A stretch of 42,460 nt of DNA from a virus: the IMG/VR virus record IMGVR_UViG_3300045971_000101; one strand, written 5' to 3'. The notes under the pieces are model-generated. The model was not told the origin of the DNA. It made no database searches and was given only the letters and a program-made list of their open reading frames with translations. A program made the translations under genes and the position numbers. This document shows, one piece after another, positions 42,314-42,460 of the stretch (position 1 is its first letter; each line of letters opens with the position of its first letter).

Positions 42314-42460
42314 ATGAACGAAATTAATGTCACAACCGACTCTACCCCACAGGCGACCGGAAGTGTAACAGACCAGATATCAGCGTTGTTGATGGAAGAA
42401 CATAATCCACAACCGATGAAGCAAGAGAAAGACCCTAACGCATATAAACCTAAAGCATCA
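42314..42460 (+). CDS. 5' end of the scaffolding protein gene, continuing at base 1 and 128 through the circular junction
   Basis: ATG 42314 is in frame with the 53..1120 ORF through the 127-bp overlap. Confidence 0.6.
   Translation, partial: MNEINVTTDSTPQATGSVTDQISALLMEEHNPQPMKQEKDPNAYKPKAS
42334..42460. repeat. End overlap, second copy of bases 1-127
   Basis: Exact 127/127 identity with the window start. Confidence 0.97.

Overview
The window is one complete, circularly closed dsDNA phage genome. Bases 1-127 are identical to 42334-42460, so the unique length is 42,333 bp. The gene content looks podovirus-like: TerL, portal, scaffold, major capsid protein, fibres and internal virion proteins. 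I saw no RNA polymerase, integrase, tRNA, rRNA or CRISPR array by eye.

The genome has two opposed blocks.
- Plus-strand packaging and virion block (35694, across the junction, to 17848): TerL, portal, scaffold, MCP, three consecutive genes with PASTA-like domains, an adaptor, a free-standing HNH endonuclease, two fibre genes sharing an N-terminal domain, and Q/N/G-rich internal virion proteins interrupted by a cupin gene.
- Minus-strand early and replication block (35020 down to 18085): an acidic first gene, AEP primase/SF3 helicase, an SSB-like protein, family A DNA polymerase, a Cas4-like exonuclease, VRR-NUC, an SNF2 helicase, a four-gene nucleotide-modification operon, an HTH protein and an ATP-dependent ligase.

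The most interesting element is the operon at 19879-23056. It encodes an all-alpha dCTPase/dUTPase-like NTP pyrophosphatase, a T4 gp42-like pyrimidine hydroxymethylase, a dNMP kinase and a NodU/CmcH-type O-carbamoyltransferase. This predicts replacement of dC by 5-hydroxymethyl-dC followed by O-carbamoylation instead of glycosylation.

Other notable points:
- The conserved N-terminus of one fibre gene has only an ATC codon where its paralog has ATG.
- A phased TGGAACC iteron field sits in the divergent control region.
- Dense repeat arrays, one with A13 tracts, lie upstream of a perfect sigma70-type promoter for terL.
- Base composition is strongly patchy.

All functional calls rest on motif recognition and gene order by eye. 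No database or HMM search was possible.
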